Assembly (NCBI GenBank): GCA_021300355.1
Contig: JAJTEF010000001.1
Span: 2,408 to 66,407, forward strand
Reading direction: 5' to 3'
DNA from: Sphingomonadaceae bacterium
GTDB taxonomy: Bacteria > Pseudomonadota > Alphaproteobacteria > Sphingomonadales > Sphingomonadaceae
Length of the DNA stretch: 64,000 nt
Shown here: one piece after another, positions 47,879 to 57,333 of the stretch
Position numbering within the stretch: position 1 is the first letter of the stretch
Layout: each line of letters starts with the position of its first letter
The notes under the pieces: model-generated
The model's input: only the letters and a program-made list of their open reading frames with translations
The model's database searches: none
Told to the model about the DNA's origin: nothing
Position numbers and translations under genes: made by a program

Positions 47879-49114
47879 ATGTCGCTTCGATATGTAAGAG
47901 AATTTAAGGGCTTTGCCGGGGTCAGGATTGAAGCGGATGATATTGGTTGGGCTGATGAACCCTCGATCGTCCTGCTTCACGGCTTTGGACAAACACGTAA
48001 GGTCTGGGAAGATGTCGCGGTTGGCCTTGAGCAGGCTGGCCGGCACGTCATTAACGTGGACCTGCGCGGCCATGGCGGCAGCGATTGGTCGTCCGATGGC
48101 CGTTATGACATTGACGCCTTTGTTGACGATTTACGCGCGGTTCTGGGGCAGATGCGGACGCGACCTGTGGTGGTGGCGGCAACGCACAGCGCATGGATCG
48201 CAACGATGGCGCTTGCCGAGGATGCAGCGATGTTGGCGTCTGGCCTTATCCTTCTCGACCCGCCTGCGCATACCGATGCGCAAGCGGTAAAGGTTTCGGC
48301 CGAGAAGCTTTCCGCGGCCTTGGGGCAGGGGCTTGCGCCATCCGAATATGACAGCAAGCTTTTCGCGTCATTCGGCACCGACGGTGTGGATGCGCGGCTT
48401 GCGCAAGCCGCGCCGCAGATCAACATTCCCGTTTTGGTGGTGCGCGGCGCACTTGGCGCGTCGGACGGCGTTGACCCGCAAACGGGCTTTGCCTCGACTT
48501 TTCCCAATGTCGAAGCCATTGATGTCGACGGCGGCGGGCTGCTGATCGTGGCTGAACGAACCGAAGCGTTCAACGGCTTGCTGATCGATTTTCTGGAGCG
48601 CAAGCAACCGCGCTTCATTCCCGAATATCGCTCGGGTTCCGATGCGCGCACATTGCGCGATGCAATGGGCTGCTTTGCAACGGGCGTGACCATTATCACC
48701 GCCCATGCGCCCGACGGACGGCCCGTTGGCCTGACGGCGAGTAGCTTCACCAGCGTGTCGCTCGACCCCCCGTTGCTGCTTGTCTGTATCGCCAACAATT
48801 CGGGCAGTGCGGAGGTGTTGCGCGGGATTGATGATTTCGCGGTCAACGTGCTGCAGATTGGCCAGCAACCGGTGTCCAACCTGTTCGCGGGAAAAAGCGA
48901 AGACCGCTTCTCCGGAACGCGGTGGGAAGTCGGCGAATATGGCGCGCCTATTTTGCCCAGCTCGCTCGGTATCTTTGAATGCAAACGGCACACGCTGCAC
49001 GAGGCGGGGGACCATTTCATCCTCGTCGGGCGCGTCGAAAAAGCCAGCTTTGAACCGCGCCGCGATCCTTTATTATATTTCCGCGGCAAATACCGGCGTC
49101 TGCACTTCACATAA
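47879..49114 (+). CDS. Two-domain fusion: alpha/beta-hydrolase-fold domain + flavin reductase-like (FMN-binding split-barrel) domain
   Basis: The N-terminal ~250 aa have VLLHGFGQT and an alpha/beta-fold pattern. The C-terminal ~160 aa read LRDAMGCFATGVTIITA...GLTASSFTSVSLDPPLLLVCI...DHFILVGRV, typical of the flavin reductase / HpaC-like domain. Confidence 0.8.
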   Translation: MSLRYVREFKGFAGVRIEADDIGWADEPSIVLLHGFGQTRKVWEDVAVGLEQAGRHVINVDLRGHGGSDWSSDGRYDIDAFVDDLRAVLGQMRTRPVVVAATHSAWIATMALAEDAAMLASGLILLDPPAHTDAQAVKVSAEKLSAALGQGLAPSEYDSKLFASFGTDGVDARLAQAAPQINIPVLVVRGALGASDGVDPQTGFASTFPNVEAIDVDGGGLLIVAERTEAFNGLLIDFLERKQPRFIPEYRSGSDARTLRDAMGCFATGVTIITAHAPDGRPVGLTASSFTSVSLDPPLLLVCIANNSGSAEVLRGIDDFAVNVLQIGQQPVSNLFAGKSEDRFSGTRWEVGEYGAPILPSSLGIFECKRHTLHEAGDHFILVGRVEKASFEPRRDPLLYFRGKYRRLHFT

Positions 49115-49191
49115 AACCCGCTCGCATTGACTCCTAAAGAGCGATGCCGTAATTTGGTTTCAAATGTAACCAGTTTCGCAGGAGCAATAGC

Positions 49192-50280
49192 ATGGCCGAT
49201 TTATTCGAAAACCCGTTGGGTGTCGATGGGTTCGAATTCATCGAATTTTCGGCACCGGAAAAAGGCCTGCTCGAACCCGTGTTCGAACGCATGGGCTTCA
49301 CGCGGATTGCCCGGCACCGGTCGAAAGATGTCGATCTATGGCGTCAGGGTGAAATCAACCTGATTGCCAATTATGAACCCAAAAGCCCGGCGGCTTATTT
49401 TGCCGCGGAACATGGCCCATCAGCGTGCGGCATGGCGTTTCGCGTGAAAAATGCGCGGGTCGCTTATGACGAAGCGATTGCCCGCGGCGCAGAGCCCGTT
49501 GAGACCCGTACTGGCCCAATGGAGCTGCGGCTGCCCGCCATTCGCGGCATTGGCGGGGCGATGATTTACCTCGTCGACCGTTATGGTGACGCGCTGTCCA
49601 TTTACGATATCGATTTTGATTATCTGCCCGGAGTGGACCGCAACCCCGTGGGCGCTGGTTTCAAAATTATCGATCACCTGACGCACAATGTCTATGGCGG
49701 ACGCATGGCGCATTGGGGCAGCTTTTATGAACGCGTCTTCAATTTCCGCGAAATTCGCTATTTCGATATCAAGGGCGAATATACCGGCCTCACCAGCCGC
49801 GCGATGACGGCGCCCGATGGCAAAATCCGCATTCCGTTGAACGAAGAGGGCAAAGCAGGCGGCGGGCAGATTGAGGAATATTTGCGCGCATATAATGGCG
49901 AAGGCATTCAACATATCGCCTTTTCCTGTGATGACCTGCCGGCGTGCTGGGACCGGTTGAAAGCGCTGGGCACGCCATTCGCGCCGCCCCCGCCCAAGGC
50001 CTATTATGATATGCTGGAGAAGCGTTTGCCCGGCCATGGCGAACCAGTGGGCGAACTGCAGGCACGCGGTATCTTGCTCGATGGTTCCACCGAAGATGGT
50101 GACCCGCGTCTGCTGCTGCAGATATTTTCGCAGACGATGATTGGGCCTGTGTTCTTCGAATTTATCCAACGCAAGAAAGACGAAGGCTTTGGCGAAGGGA
50201 ACTTCACAGCCTTGTTCAAAAGCATTGAGCGCGACCAGATTGAGCGCGGCGCGCTGACGGTCCACGAGGCCGCGATATGA
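49192..50280 (+). CDS. hppD: 4-hydroxyphenylpyruvate dioxygenase
   Basis: [15 protein letters not shown]-terminus, [15 protein letters not shown] and a [23 protein letters not shown]-terminus. Confidence 0.95.
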   Translation: MADLFENPLGVDGFEFIEFSAPEKGLLEPVFERMGFTRIARHRSKDVDLWRQGEINLIANYEPKSPAAYFAAEHGPSACGMAFRVKNARVAYDEAIARGAEPVETRTGPMELRLPAIRGIGGAMIYLVDRYGDALSIYDIDFDYLPGVDRNPVGAGFKIIDHLTHNVYGGRMAHWGSFYERVFNFREIRYFDIKGEYTGLTSRAMTAPDGKIRIPLNEEGKAGGGQIEEYLRAYNGEGIQHIAFSCDDLPACWDRLKALGTPFAPPPPKAYYDMLEKRLPGHGEPVGELQARGILLDGSTEDGDPRLLLQIFSQTMIGPVFFEFIQRKKDEGFGEGNFTALFKSIERDQIERGALTVHEAAI

Positions 50281-50828
50281 CCGCGCCAGTCGCGCTTAGC
50301 CGCATTCATCATGTGGCCTATCGGTGCAAGGACGCGAAGGCGACGGCGGACTGGTATGCGAGCGTTTTGGGCATGGAATTCACCACGGCCTTTGCGGAGG
50401 ATCATGTTCCATCCACGGGGGAATATGACCCCTATATGCACATCTTCCTCGATTGCGGCGGCGGCAATGTCATCGCGTTCTTCGAACTGCCGAACCAACC
50501 CGAAATGGGCAAAGACCCCAATACCCCGGCGTGGGTCCAGCATATCGCGTTCGAAGTCAGCGACCTTGACGCCCTGCTTGCCGCAAAAGCGCATATCGAG
50601 GCGCAGGGCATTGATGTGGTCGGGCCGACATTTCACGGGATTTTCCGGTCGATCTATTTCTTTGATCCCAACGGCCACCGGCTGGAGCTTGCATGCAACA
50701 TCGGCACGCCCGAACAATATGCCGAATTAAAACGCGTTGCGCCGTTGATGCTTGCAGAATGGAGCGAAACCAAAAAAGCCCCGCGCCATGCCGACTGGCT
50801 GCACGTTGATCCGGACAAGCAAGCCTAG
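50277..50828 (+). CDS. VOC (glyoxalase/bleomycin resistance/dioxygenase) family protein
   Basis: [18 protein letters not shown] and VQHIAFEV...HRLEL metal-ligand-like motifs. The start overlaps the hppD stop (ATGA). Confidence 0.8.
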   Translation: MTAPVALSRIHHVAYRCKDAKATADWYASVLGMEFTTAFAEDHVPSTGEYDPYMHIFLDCGGGNVIAFFELPNQPEMGKDPNTPAWVQHIAFEVSDLDALLAAKAHIEAQGIDVVGPTFHGIFRSIYFFDPNGHRLELACNIGTPEQYAELKRVAPLMLAEWSETKKAPRHADWLHVDPDKQA

Positions 50829-51046
50829 GCGTCAAGCGCCCGCGCAAGTAGACGTTGCGTCCCCAAATATGACTCCCGCAGCAAGCGGCTCCACCTTGCG
50901 CGGTTGATTAACGCAGCTCCAAAAGAAGTTCGTTCGCAATCGCGCCGCCGGTGTGGAACATTCAGCCTGACCGGGCCTTTTACCTGTAAGAGTTTGATCA
51001 GGTAACGGCATCATGATAGCCTTCACCAATATTCTGAAAGTTGGCT

Positions 51047-51682
51047 ATGATGCGTAAAAGATGGATTTTGTTGGCTGCTGCGGGGCTTGTCAGTGTTGGT
51101 GCGATCACTTGGAGTGCTATGGCAAGTAATGTCGAAACGCCTGATTATGCGGTTTCCAGTAAAAGCGGCAACCTAGAGATCCGCGAGTATGGCCCGACAA
51201 TTGTTGCAGAAGCAACGGTCGAAGGGGATCGGGATACAGCGATACAGCGCGGTTTCCGCATTATTGCGGATTATATTTTTGGCAACAATCTATCGTCGAC
51301 AAAAGTCGCGATGACTGCACCCGTGATGCAGCAGCCCAGCGAAAAGATCGCAATGACCGCACCCGTCATTCAGCAAGCTTCAGGCAAATCGTGGAATGTG
51401 CGTTTTGTGATGCCTTCAGAATATACGATGGAAACGCTGCCGAAGCCGGTCAATCCCAAAGTCGCGTTGATTGAAGTGCCAGCGACGCGATTTGCGGTGA
51501 TCCGCTTTTCGGGTTTCGCGGGTCAGGGTTCACTTGACGCGCACGAAGCTGAGCTAAGGGCATTCATGGCGGAGCGGGGCCTAACTGCCACCAGTGCGCC
51601 CCAATACGCATTTTACAATGCGCCTTGGACACTTCCGTTCATGCGCCGGAATGAGGTTATGATCGAAGTCACCGGCAAATGA
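51047..51682 (+). CDS. SOUL heme-binding family protein, secreted
   Basis: Signal peptide, then ETPDYAV...EIREYGP...FRIIADYIFGNN, typical of the SOUL/HBP family. The start could instead be TTG 51041. Confidence 0.75.
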   Translation: MMRKRWILLAAAGLVSVGAITWSAMASNVETPDYAVSSKSGNLEIREYGPTIVAEATVEGDRDTAIQRGFRIIADYIFGNNLSSTKVAMTAPVMQQPSEKIAMTAPVIQQASGKSWNVRFVMPSEYTMETLPKPVNPKVALIEVPATRFAVIRFSGFAGQGSLDAHEAELRAFMAERGLTATSAPQYAFYNAPWTLPFMRRNEVMIEVTGK

Positions 51683-51883
51683 AGATAGCCGATATATCTG
51701 AATGAAGGGCATGGTGCAGCCGCGAGGGCCCGAGCTTAAGACCGGTTAACTTACGCAGGCATCAGCCGCAAATGTTCGCACGATGGACAACCCATGGGAT
51801 TACGCCACCCGCTTTAATCAGGCGCACATTGTGTAAAGATAAGTGGAAATATTATTATTAATCTTTTGCTTACAAGCAATATA

Positions 51884-51970
51884 TGGTGCCCGGAAGAGGA
51901 CTCGAACCTCCACGCCGTTGCCAGCGCCAGCACCTGAAGCTGGTGCGTCTACCAATTCCGCCATCCGGGC
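51884..51970 (-). tRNA. trnL: tRNA-Leu (anticodon CAG)
   Basis: Read on the minus strand: GCCCGGA acceptor, GGCGGAATTGGTAGACGC D-arm, anticodon loop TTCAGGT, a long variable arm, T-arm GGAGG-TTCGAGT-CCTCT, TCCGGGC, discriminator A and an encoded CCA. 87 nt. Confidence 0.95.
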
Positions 51971-52172
51971 ACAGGGTAGGGGGCGCGCTTAGCGGCATTT
52001 GAAGGGCTGTGTCAATGCAAAGGCGGGGGGACGGCATAATATTTGCGGACATAATGCGGCTGCATTTGCCGAATGGGTCGTGGCGAAAAGAAGCTTGGCA
52101 CTTTCCTGATAGCGCACGCGTGAAATATCTGACAATTAACGGGCGTGATAAAAGGGCTGCAGAGGGTAGGTC

Positions 52173-52649
52173 ATGATGAGATGGATGTTTTTGGGTGCGG
52201 TGACGGCGATTGCTTTGACCACCGCTGCAGGTGCGCAACAGTCGCCATTGCCTTATGGTAGTCCAGTCACCCTCGCGCAGGCAAAAGCGATTGTCGCCGC
52301 CGCCGAAAAGTCTGCACAGTCGCGCAATTTCACTATGGCCTTCGCCATCGTCGAACCAAGCGGTGAGCTTGTCCTGTTCCACAAGATGGACGGCACACAA
52401 TATGGGTCCGATCTGGTGGCCCGCGAAAAGGCGCGCACCGCGGCGCGCTTCAAGCGGAGCACGAAGGCGTTTTTCGATTCCATCGCCGGCGGACGCAACG
52501 CCGTGCTGAGCCTGCCGGGTGTGGTTGCCATTGAAGGCGGCACGCCGATTGTCATCAATGGCCAAATCGTCGGCGCGATCGGCGTCAGCGGCGGAAGTTC
52601 CGAGCAGGATGGCGAAGTCGCCGCTGCGGCTTTGATCGGGTTGGAATAA
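52173..52649 (+). CDS. GlcG/HbpS-like (DUF336) heme-binding protein, secreted
   Basis: Signal peptide, then AQAKAIVAAAEKSAQSRNFTMAFAIVEPSGELV...GAIGVSGGSSEQDGEVA, typical of DUF336. Confidence 0.8.
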   Translation: MMRWMFLGAVTAIALTTAAGAQQSPLPYGSPVTLAQAKAIVAAAEKSAQSRNFTMAFAIVEPSGELVLFHKMDGTQYGSDLVAREKARTAARFKRSTKAFFDSIAGGRNAVLSLPGVVAIEGGTPIVINGQIVGAIGVSGGSSEQDGEVAAAALIGLE

Positions 52650-53219
52650 GTCCAAATACATCCCATCGCGCATTCCGCTGAGGAACCGGCGCTGCACCAA
52701 CGTTTCGTGGCGTTTCTTTGTATGTGGGCAGCTTTTGCCTGAAAGCAAAGATCGGACAACGGGATTTGGAAAACCGCGTTTCAATGTGACAGCTTGGAAT
52801 GTCTCTTTATTGCCGGGCAAGTATTCGGTTCAACAAACCGCCCGGATACAAGATTAGCGTGAAATACTCCAATCGGAGACATGACCTTACAAGAAGCTGT
52901 CTGAACTGGCCAAGTTCACAATCGTGCGGTAGCGCGGCTTCTAAATGTGCGTATGGCCGCCGCTGTCTAAATAGCGCGACGGGCACATTATTCCCACATC
53001 ACTAGTAATAGAATGTCGAGAATGCGTCGCAAATTCGCAGAAAAAATTCGTTCACTGAACCCGCAAATCGCAAAAACAACCAACTTGGCGGCAAATTAGC
53101 TGGCGAGGCTTCATTGGCGGCTCTGGCGGCAGGATGGCACACTCAGGATCTACGTAAAACGGCAAGTAGCCGCATCCAACCCCTCAAATCTGTGCCATTG
53201 GTGCTGACGGGGAACACGC

Positions 53220-53585
53220 GTGAGAGATCCGCGCATTCGTCGATATGTTGTGCGCTCCACTGAAGAGACTTCGCGCATCAAAGCAAAGCAGGTTGCCCGA
53301 GAAATCGCGTTCGATTTACTCGGCACAGAAAAGCGGGTCGAGCGGGAATACAGCTTCCGTTATTACGCATCACGTTTGATGGCGAAAGGAGAGCGGTTGG
53401 TCTCTAACGGTGAGCGCAACGCCAACTATAGACTGCCCGTGCGGCCATCCCTAGACATTGTCCCAAAAAACCTACAGTTTTGTGGTGCCATTATTGCCCG
53501 TTACAACGATAGGCCTTCGGACAGCCAGCAATGGAAACGCGAGAGCTTGCTATCCGTCCAGCGGCTACTGGGCGCCCGAAAATAG
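53220..53585 (+). CDS. Hypothetical ORF, possibly a remnant (integrase N-terminal-like?) - weak
   Basis: GTG-started 121-aa ORF in a low-coding-density stretch. Its last 85 nt overlap the 3' end of the convergent LysR gene. The segment EREYSFRYYASRLMAKGERLVSNGERNANY only loosely recalls the N-terminal core-binding regions of tyrosine integrases. Confidence 0.2.
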   Translation: MRDPRIRRYVVRSTEETSRIKAKQVAREIAFDLLGTEKRVEREYSFRYYASRLMAKGERLVSNGERNANYRLPVRPSLDIVPKNLQFCGAIIARYNDRPSDSQQWKRESLLSVQRLLGARK

Positions 53586-54406
53586 TAGGCCCCGAGGCGA
53601 ACCTCGCGAAATTCACCCACCTTCGGCTCCACTCGCACTAGATTCCCCGATGCCAGGTCATGGTTGACCAGAAAACGATTTGCCAGCGCGACGCCTTGTC
53701 CTGCTCTCGCTGCTGCAAGCACTAGCTGTGCGTCCCCATATTGACTCATCTTTTGCTCCTCGCTCAGCTCGACCCCCTGCTCTTCCATCCAGGCCCGCCA
53801 TTCCGAAGGCCCCGATTCTGCGATAAGCGGCATAGTTGCGAGATCCGCGGCGCTCTCAATATAGGGAGATAATTTTTCGGCGAGTTCGACCGAGGCGACT
53901 GGGAAAAACTGCGGACACACGAGGACAATCGACCGCACAGCCCGCGCTTTGGGGAGTTCCTCTCGGTTACTGACATAACGAATGTCGCCATCGATACTAT
54001 TAGCCGACAGATCGGGCATGTCGCGCTTGGAATTGAGGATAATCCGAGGAAAGCTGAGCATAGCGGAATTTCGTGCAAGCCTTGGCGCGAGCCAGTTTGA
54101 TGCAAGGCCTGGAGTGCAGGTTATCACGAGCTTGTCATTAGCCTCGCCACGAATTTCCCGAGTTGCACTTTCCAGCTCACGAAAAATGCTCGACAGCTTC
54201 GCATGGTATGTCTTGCCAGCATCAGTCAGCGTCGCGCTTTCACGATTAAAAAGAGCGGTTCCCAAATCACGTTCAAGGCCCGCCACATGGCGGCTAACAA
54301 TCGCATGACTTAGATGCAAGGCACGCGCAGCACTGCGTATACCGCCAAAGCGGCCAACGGCTTCAAATGCACGCAAAGCGGCGAAAGGGGGAAGATGTTC
54401 AGACAT
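53501..54406 (-). CDS. LysR-family transcriptional regulator (GcvA-like)
   Basis: N-terminal wHTH (LPPFAALRAFEAVGRFGGIRSAARALHLSHAIVSRHV) plus a LysR substrate-binding domain. It is divergent from gabT. Confidence 0.9.
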   Translation of the reverse strand: MSEHLPPFAALRAFEAVGRFGGIRSAARALHLSHAIVSRHVAGLERDLGTALFNRESATLTDAGKTYHAKLSSIFRELESATREIRGEANDKLVITCTPGLASNWLAPRLARNSAMLSFPRIILNSKRDMPDLSANSIDGDIRYVSNREELPKARAVRSIVLVCPQFFPVASVELAEKLSPYIESAADLATMPLIAESGPSEWRAWMEEQGVELSEEQKMSQYGDAQLVLAAARAGQGVALANRFLVNHDLASGNLVRVEPKVGEFREVRLGAYYFRAPSSRWTDSKLSRFHCWLSEGLSL

Positions 54407-54502
54407 GGTGACCTTTAGTTACCACTTGCGCTTGAGAAAGCAACTGCCCGGCCCACTTAACCTGTTCTATGCTGTTGGATCACCACTGATAGGTAAAAGC
54501 TC

Positions 54503-55798
54503 ATGAAAAATGCAGATCTCCTCACTCGCCGCCAGAAGGCGATCCCACACGGTGTTGCGACCGCAGCACCAATCTTTATCGAGTACGCCGAAAACGCAAT
54601 GATGCGTGACGTCGAAGGGCGCGAATATATCGATTTCGCAGGCGGAATCGCGGTGCTCAACGTCGGCCATCGCCACCCGCGAGTGATAAAAGCGGTGGAG
54701 AAGCAACTCGCGCGCTATACGCATACTGCATTTCAAGTAGCCGCATATGAGCCCTACATTGAACTGGCAGAGCGGCTCAACGCGCTTGCTCCCATCGATG
54801 GTGATGCAAAGACCATATTGTTCACCACAGGGGCAGACGCGACCGAAAATGCGGTAAAAGTCGCGCGCGCCTACACGGGGCGGCCCGGCATTATCGCCTT
54901 TGCCGGCGGCTTCCATGGACGCACGCTGTTGACATCGGCGATGACGGGCAAGGTCAACCCCTACAAGAAGGGGTTGGGGCCGTTTCCCAGTGAAATCTAC
55001 CACCTACCTTTTCCCAGTGAAACGACCGGAGTGACGATCGAGGACACTGAGAAAGCACTCAATTTCCTGTTTGCCGCCGATCTGGAACCCGAACGAGTTG
55101 CTGCCTTCATTTTTGAACCCGTACAGGGCGAAGGAGGATTTCATTCGCCCGTGCCGTCGTTTTACGAATTGCTTGATTCCATGCGGCGCCAGCATGGCAT
55201 CCAGATCATTGCCGACGAAGTTCAGACTGGCTTCGGTCGGACTGGAAAGATGTTCGGGATCGAGCATGCACCGATTCAGCCGGACCTGATAACCATCGCC
55301 AAGTCGCTTGCTGGTGGATTTCCGCTCTCCGGCTTGATCGGTCGTAGCGAATTGATGGATGCAATAGCTCCCGGCGGCCTAGGTGGCACCTACGGCGGCT
55401 CGCCGGTTGGAATTGCCGCTGCATTGGCCGTTCTAGACGTCATTGAAGAAGAAGGCCTGCTTGAGCGAGCAGTAGAGATCGGCAATATCATTCGCGACTG
55501 TATTGAAGGCCTTGCGCTGAGCAACGACACAGTCAATATTGCTGGTCTACGCGGCCCCGGAGCCATGATCGCGTTCGACATTTTGGATGACGAAGGCAAG
55601 CCAAATGCGGTAGGCGCCAAAGCAGTCTGTGCGCGGGCACTGGAACAAGGGCTAGTACTTTTAAGCTGCGGCCAGCACGGGCAGGCCATCCGCATCCTGG
55701 TGCCGTTGACGGTATCCAATGATACGCTGGATACGGGTTTGAAAATACTCGCAAAATCACTGTCCCTCAGTTCGGCAACCGGGCCTGAAGCAGCCTGA
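54503..55798 (+). CDS. gabT: Class III omega-aminotransferase (4-aminobutyrate--2-oxoglutarate transaminase-like)
   Basis: LLTRRQKAIPHGV N-terminus, GFHGRT, DEVQTGFGRTG and 431 aa. Confidence 0.85.
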   Translation: MKNADLLTRRQKAIPHGVATAAPIFIEYAENAMMRDVEGREYIDFAGGIAVLNVGHRHPRVIKAVEKQLARYTHTAFQVAAYEPYIELAERLNALAPIDGDAKTILFTTGADATENAVKVARAYTGRPGIIAFAGGFHGRTLLTSAMTGKVNPYKKGLGPFPSEIYHLPFPSETTGVTIEDTEKALNFLFAADLEPERVAAFIFEPVQGEGGFHSPVPSFYELLDSMRRQHGIQIIADEVQTGFGRTGKMFGIEHAPIQPDLITIAKSLAGGFPLSGLIGRSELMDAIAPGGLGGTYGGSPVGIAAALAVLDVIEEEGLLERAVEIGNIIRDCIEGLALSNDTVNIAGLRGPGAMIAFDILDDEGKPNAVGAKAVCARALEQGLVLLSCGQHGQAIRILVPLTVSNDTLDTGLKILAKSLSLSSATGPEAA

Positions 55799-57252
55799 TG
55801 GACAGCCTATCTTTAACCCGTTCAGACTTGCACCGGCAGAAAGCCTATATCGATGGCGCATGGGTCGAAGGATCGACGCGTATCGCGGTATTAAACCCCG
55901 CGACACATGAACAAATCGGGACGATCCCCAATCTTGGAGCACTAGAGACAGAAACTGCTGTTGCCGCTGCCGAAAGGGCACAGGTAGCTTGGAAATGCGA
56001 ACTCGCTAAAGAGCGCGGACGAATATTGCGGCGCTGGTCTCAGTTGATGCTCGATAATGCCGGGGATCTAGCTGCCATTCTGACACAGGAGCAAGGAAAG
56101 CCCCTGAGCGAAGCAAAAGGGGAGGTCGCATATGCAGCTTCCTTTCTCGAATGGTTCGCTGAGGAAGCACGACGGATCGATGGCGAGATCCTCGCTCCGC
56201 ACCAGGCCGACAAACGGCTCTACGTGCATAAGGTACCAGTCGGTGTGGTCGCAGCTATTACCCCTTGGAATTTCCCGCTGGCGATGATTACGCGCAAGGC
56301 AGGTCCTGCCCTTGCGGCCGGCTGTACCATGGTGCTCAAGCCGTCGGAACTCACCCCCTATTCCGCGCTAGCGCTCGCTGTCCTGGCCGAGGAAGCGGGT
56401 GTGCCCAATGGTGTCTTCAACGTCGTGACAGGCGATGCTGCTCCCATCGGTGATGTGCTGACCGACGATACAAGGGTGCGCAAATTCACCTTCACTGGGT
56501 CGACTGCGGTCGGGAAGATGCTCGCCGCGCGCTGCATGGATACCGTAAAGCGTGTCTCACTCGAATTGGGGGGTAACGCACCGTTCATAATATTCGACGA
56601 TGCCGATCTGGATAAGGCTGTTGAAGGGGCGCTGATCGCCAAATTCCGTAATACCGGACAGACCTGTGTCTGCGCCAACCGATTTTACGTTCAATCAGGA
56701 ATATACGAAAAATTTGCCGCTGCCCTGGCTGGCAAGGTCAAGGCAATGCGGTTTGGTCCAGGTATCCCGATTGGCGAGGCAGACTGCGGCCCATTGATCG
56801 ACACAAAAGCCGTCGAGAAAGTTGGCGCTCATGTGAGCGACTGCGTCGCTCGCGGTGGTCAGTTGCTTGTGGGTGGAAGGGCCCTCGAGGGAGCGCCAGG
56901 CTTCTTCGAGCCGACAGTGATTTCAGAAGTTTCAGCAAATTCAATGCTTTGCCGCGAAGAAACATTTGGTCCAGTTGCTGGACTGGTACGTTTTGAAGAT
57001 GAAGATGAAGCAATCGCCTTAGCGAATTGCTCTCGCGCAGGTTTGGCGAGCTATTTTTTTACCCGCGACTACGGTCGTGTGCATCGCGTTTCCGAGGCGC
57101 TCGACTACGGCATGGTCGGAGTAAACACAGGCATTATTTCTACCGAAGTCGCACCATTTGGCGGCGTCAAAGAATCGGGTTTGGGCCGGGAGGGATCGCG
57201 CCACGGCATAGAGGATTACCTCGAAATCAAAATGGTTTGCGCCGCCATTTAG
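55798..57252 (+). CDS. gabD: NAD(P)-dependent succinate-semialdehyde dehydrogenase-like aldehyde dehydrogenase
   Basis: ITPWNFP, the catalytic region ELGGNAP and GQTCVCANR, then EETFGP. The start overlaps the gabT stop (TGATG). Confidence 0.85.
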   Translation: MDSLSLTRSDLHRQKAYIDGAWVEGSTRIAVLNPATHEQIGTIPNLGALETETAVAAAERAQVAWKCELAKERGRILRRWSQLMLDNAGDLAAILTQEQGKPLSEAKGEVAYAASFLEWFAEEARRIDGEILAPHQADKRLYVHKVPVGVVAAITPWNFPLAMITRKAGPALAAGCTMVLKPSELTPYSALALAVLAEEAGVPNGVFNVVTGDAAPIGDVLTDDTRVRKFTFTGSTAVGKMLAARCMDTVKRVSLELGGNAPFIIFDDADLDKAVEGALIAKFRNTGQTCVCANRFYVQSGIYEKFAAALAGKVKAMRFGPGIPIGEADCGPLIDTKAVEKVGAHVSDCVARGGQLLVGGRALEGAPGFFEPTVISEVSANSMLCREETFGPVAGLVRFEDEDEAIALANCSRAGLASYFFTRDYGRVHRVSEALDYGMVGVNTGIISTEVAPFGGVKESGLGREGSRHGIEDYLEIKMVCAAI

Positions 57253-57333
57253 GTATACAAAGGAACCGAAAATCCGGCCCGGCCCAAGGAAAGGCGAGGC
57301 CGGATTTTCCATTACACCGCTCGGGTTCAGCGC

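Noticed and set aside
50832-51029. A 65-aa minus-strand ORF in the VOC-SOUL intergenic region.
   Set aside because: It has no SD, no recognisable family and a composition typical of random frames. I have insufficient evidence to call it a gene.
51884-51970. tRNA-Leu as the attachment site of a classic integrative island.
   Set aside because: The accessory-looking DNA lies on the 5' side of the tRNA, whereas tRNA-targeting elements normally extend from the 3' end. I found no direct repeat of the tRNA 3' end by eye and no intact integrase. The 8-nt match GCCCGGAT near 52842 is too short to mean anything.
51870-52820. A 316-aa minus-strand ORF.
   Set aside because: It runs through the tRNA-Leu gene and is antisense to the GlcG-like gene. 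It has no motifs and is an artefact.
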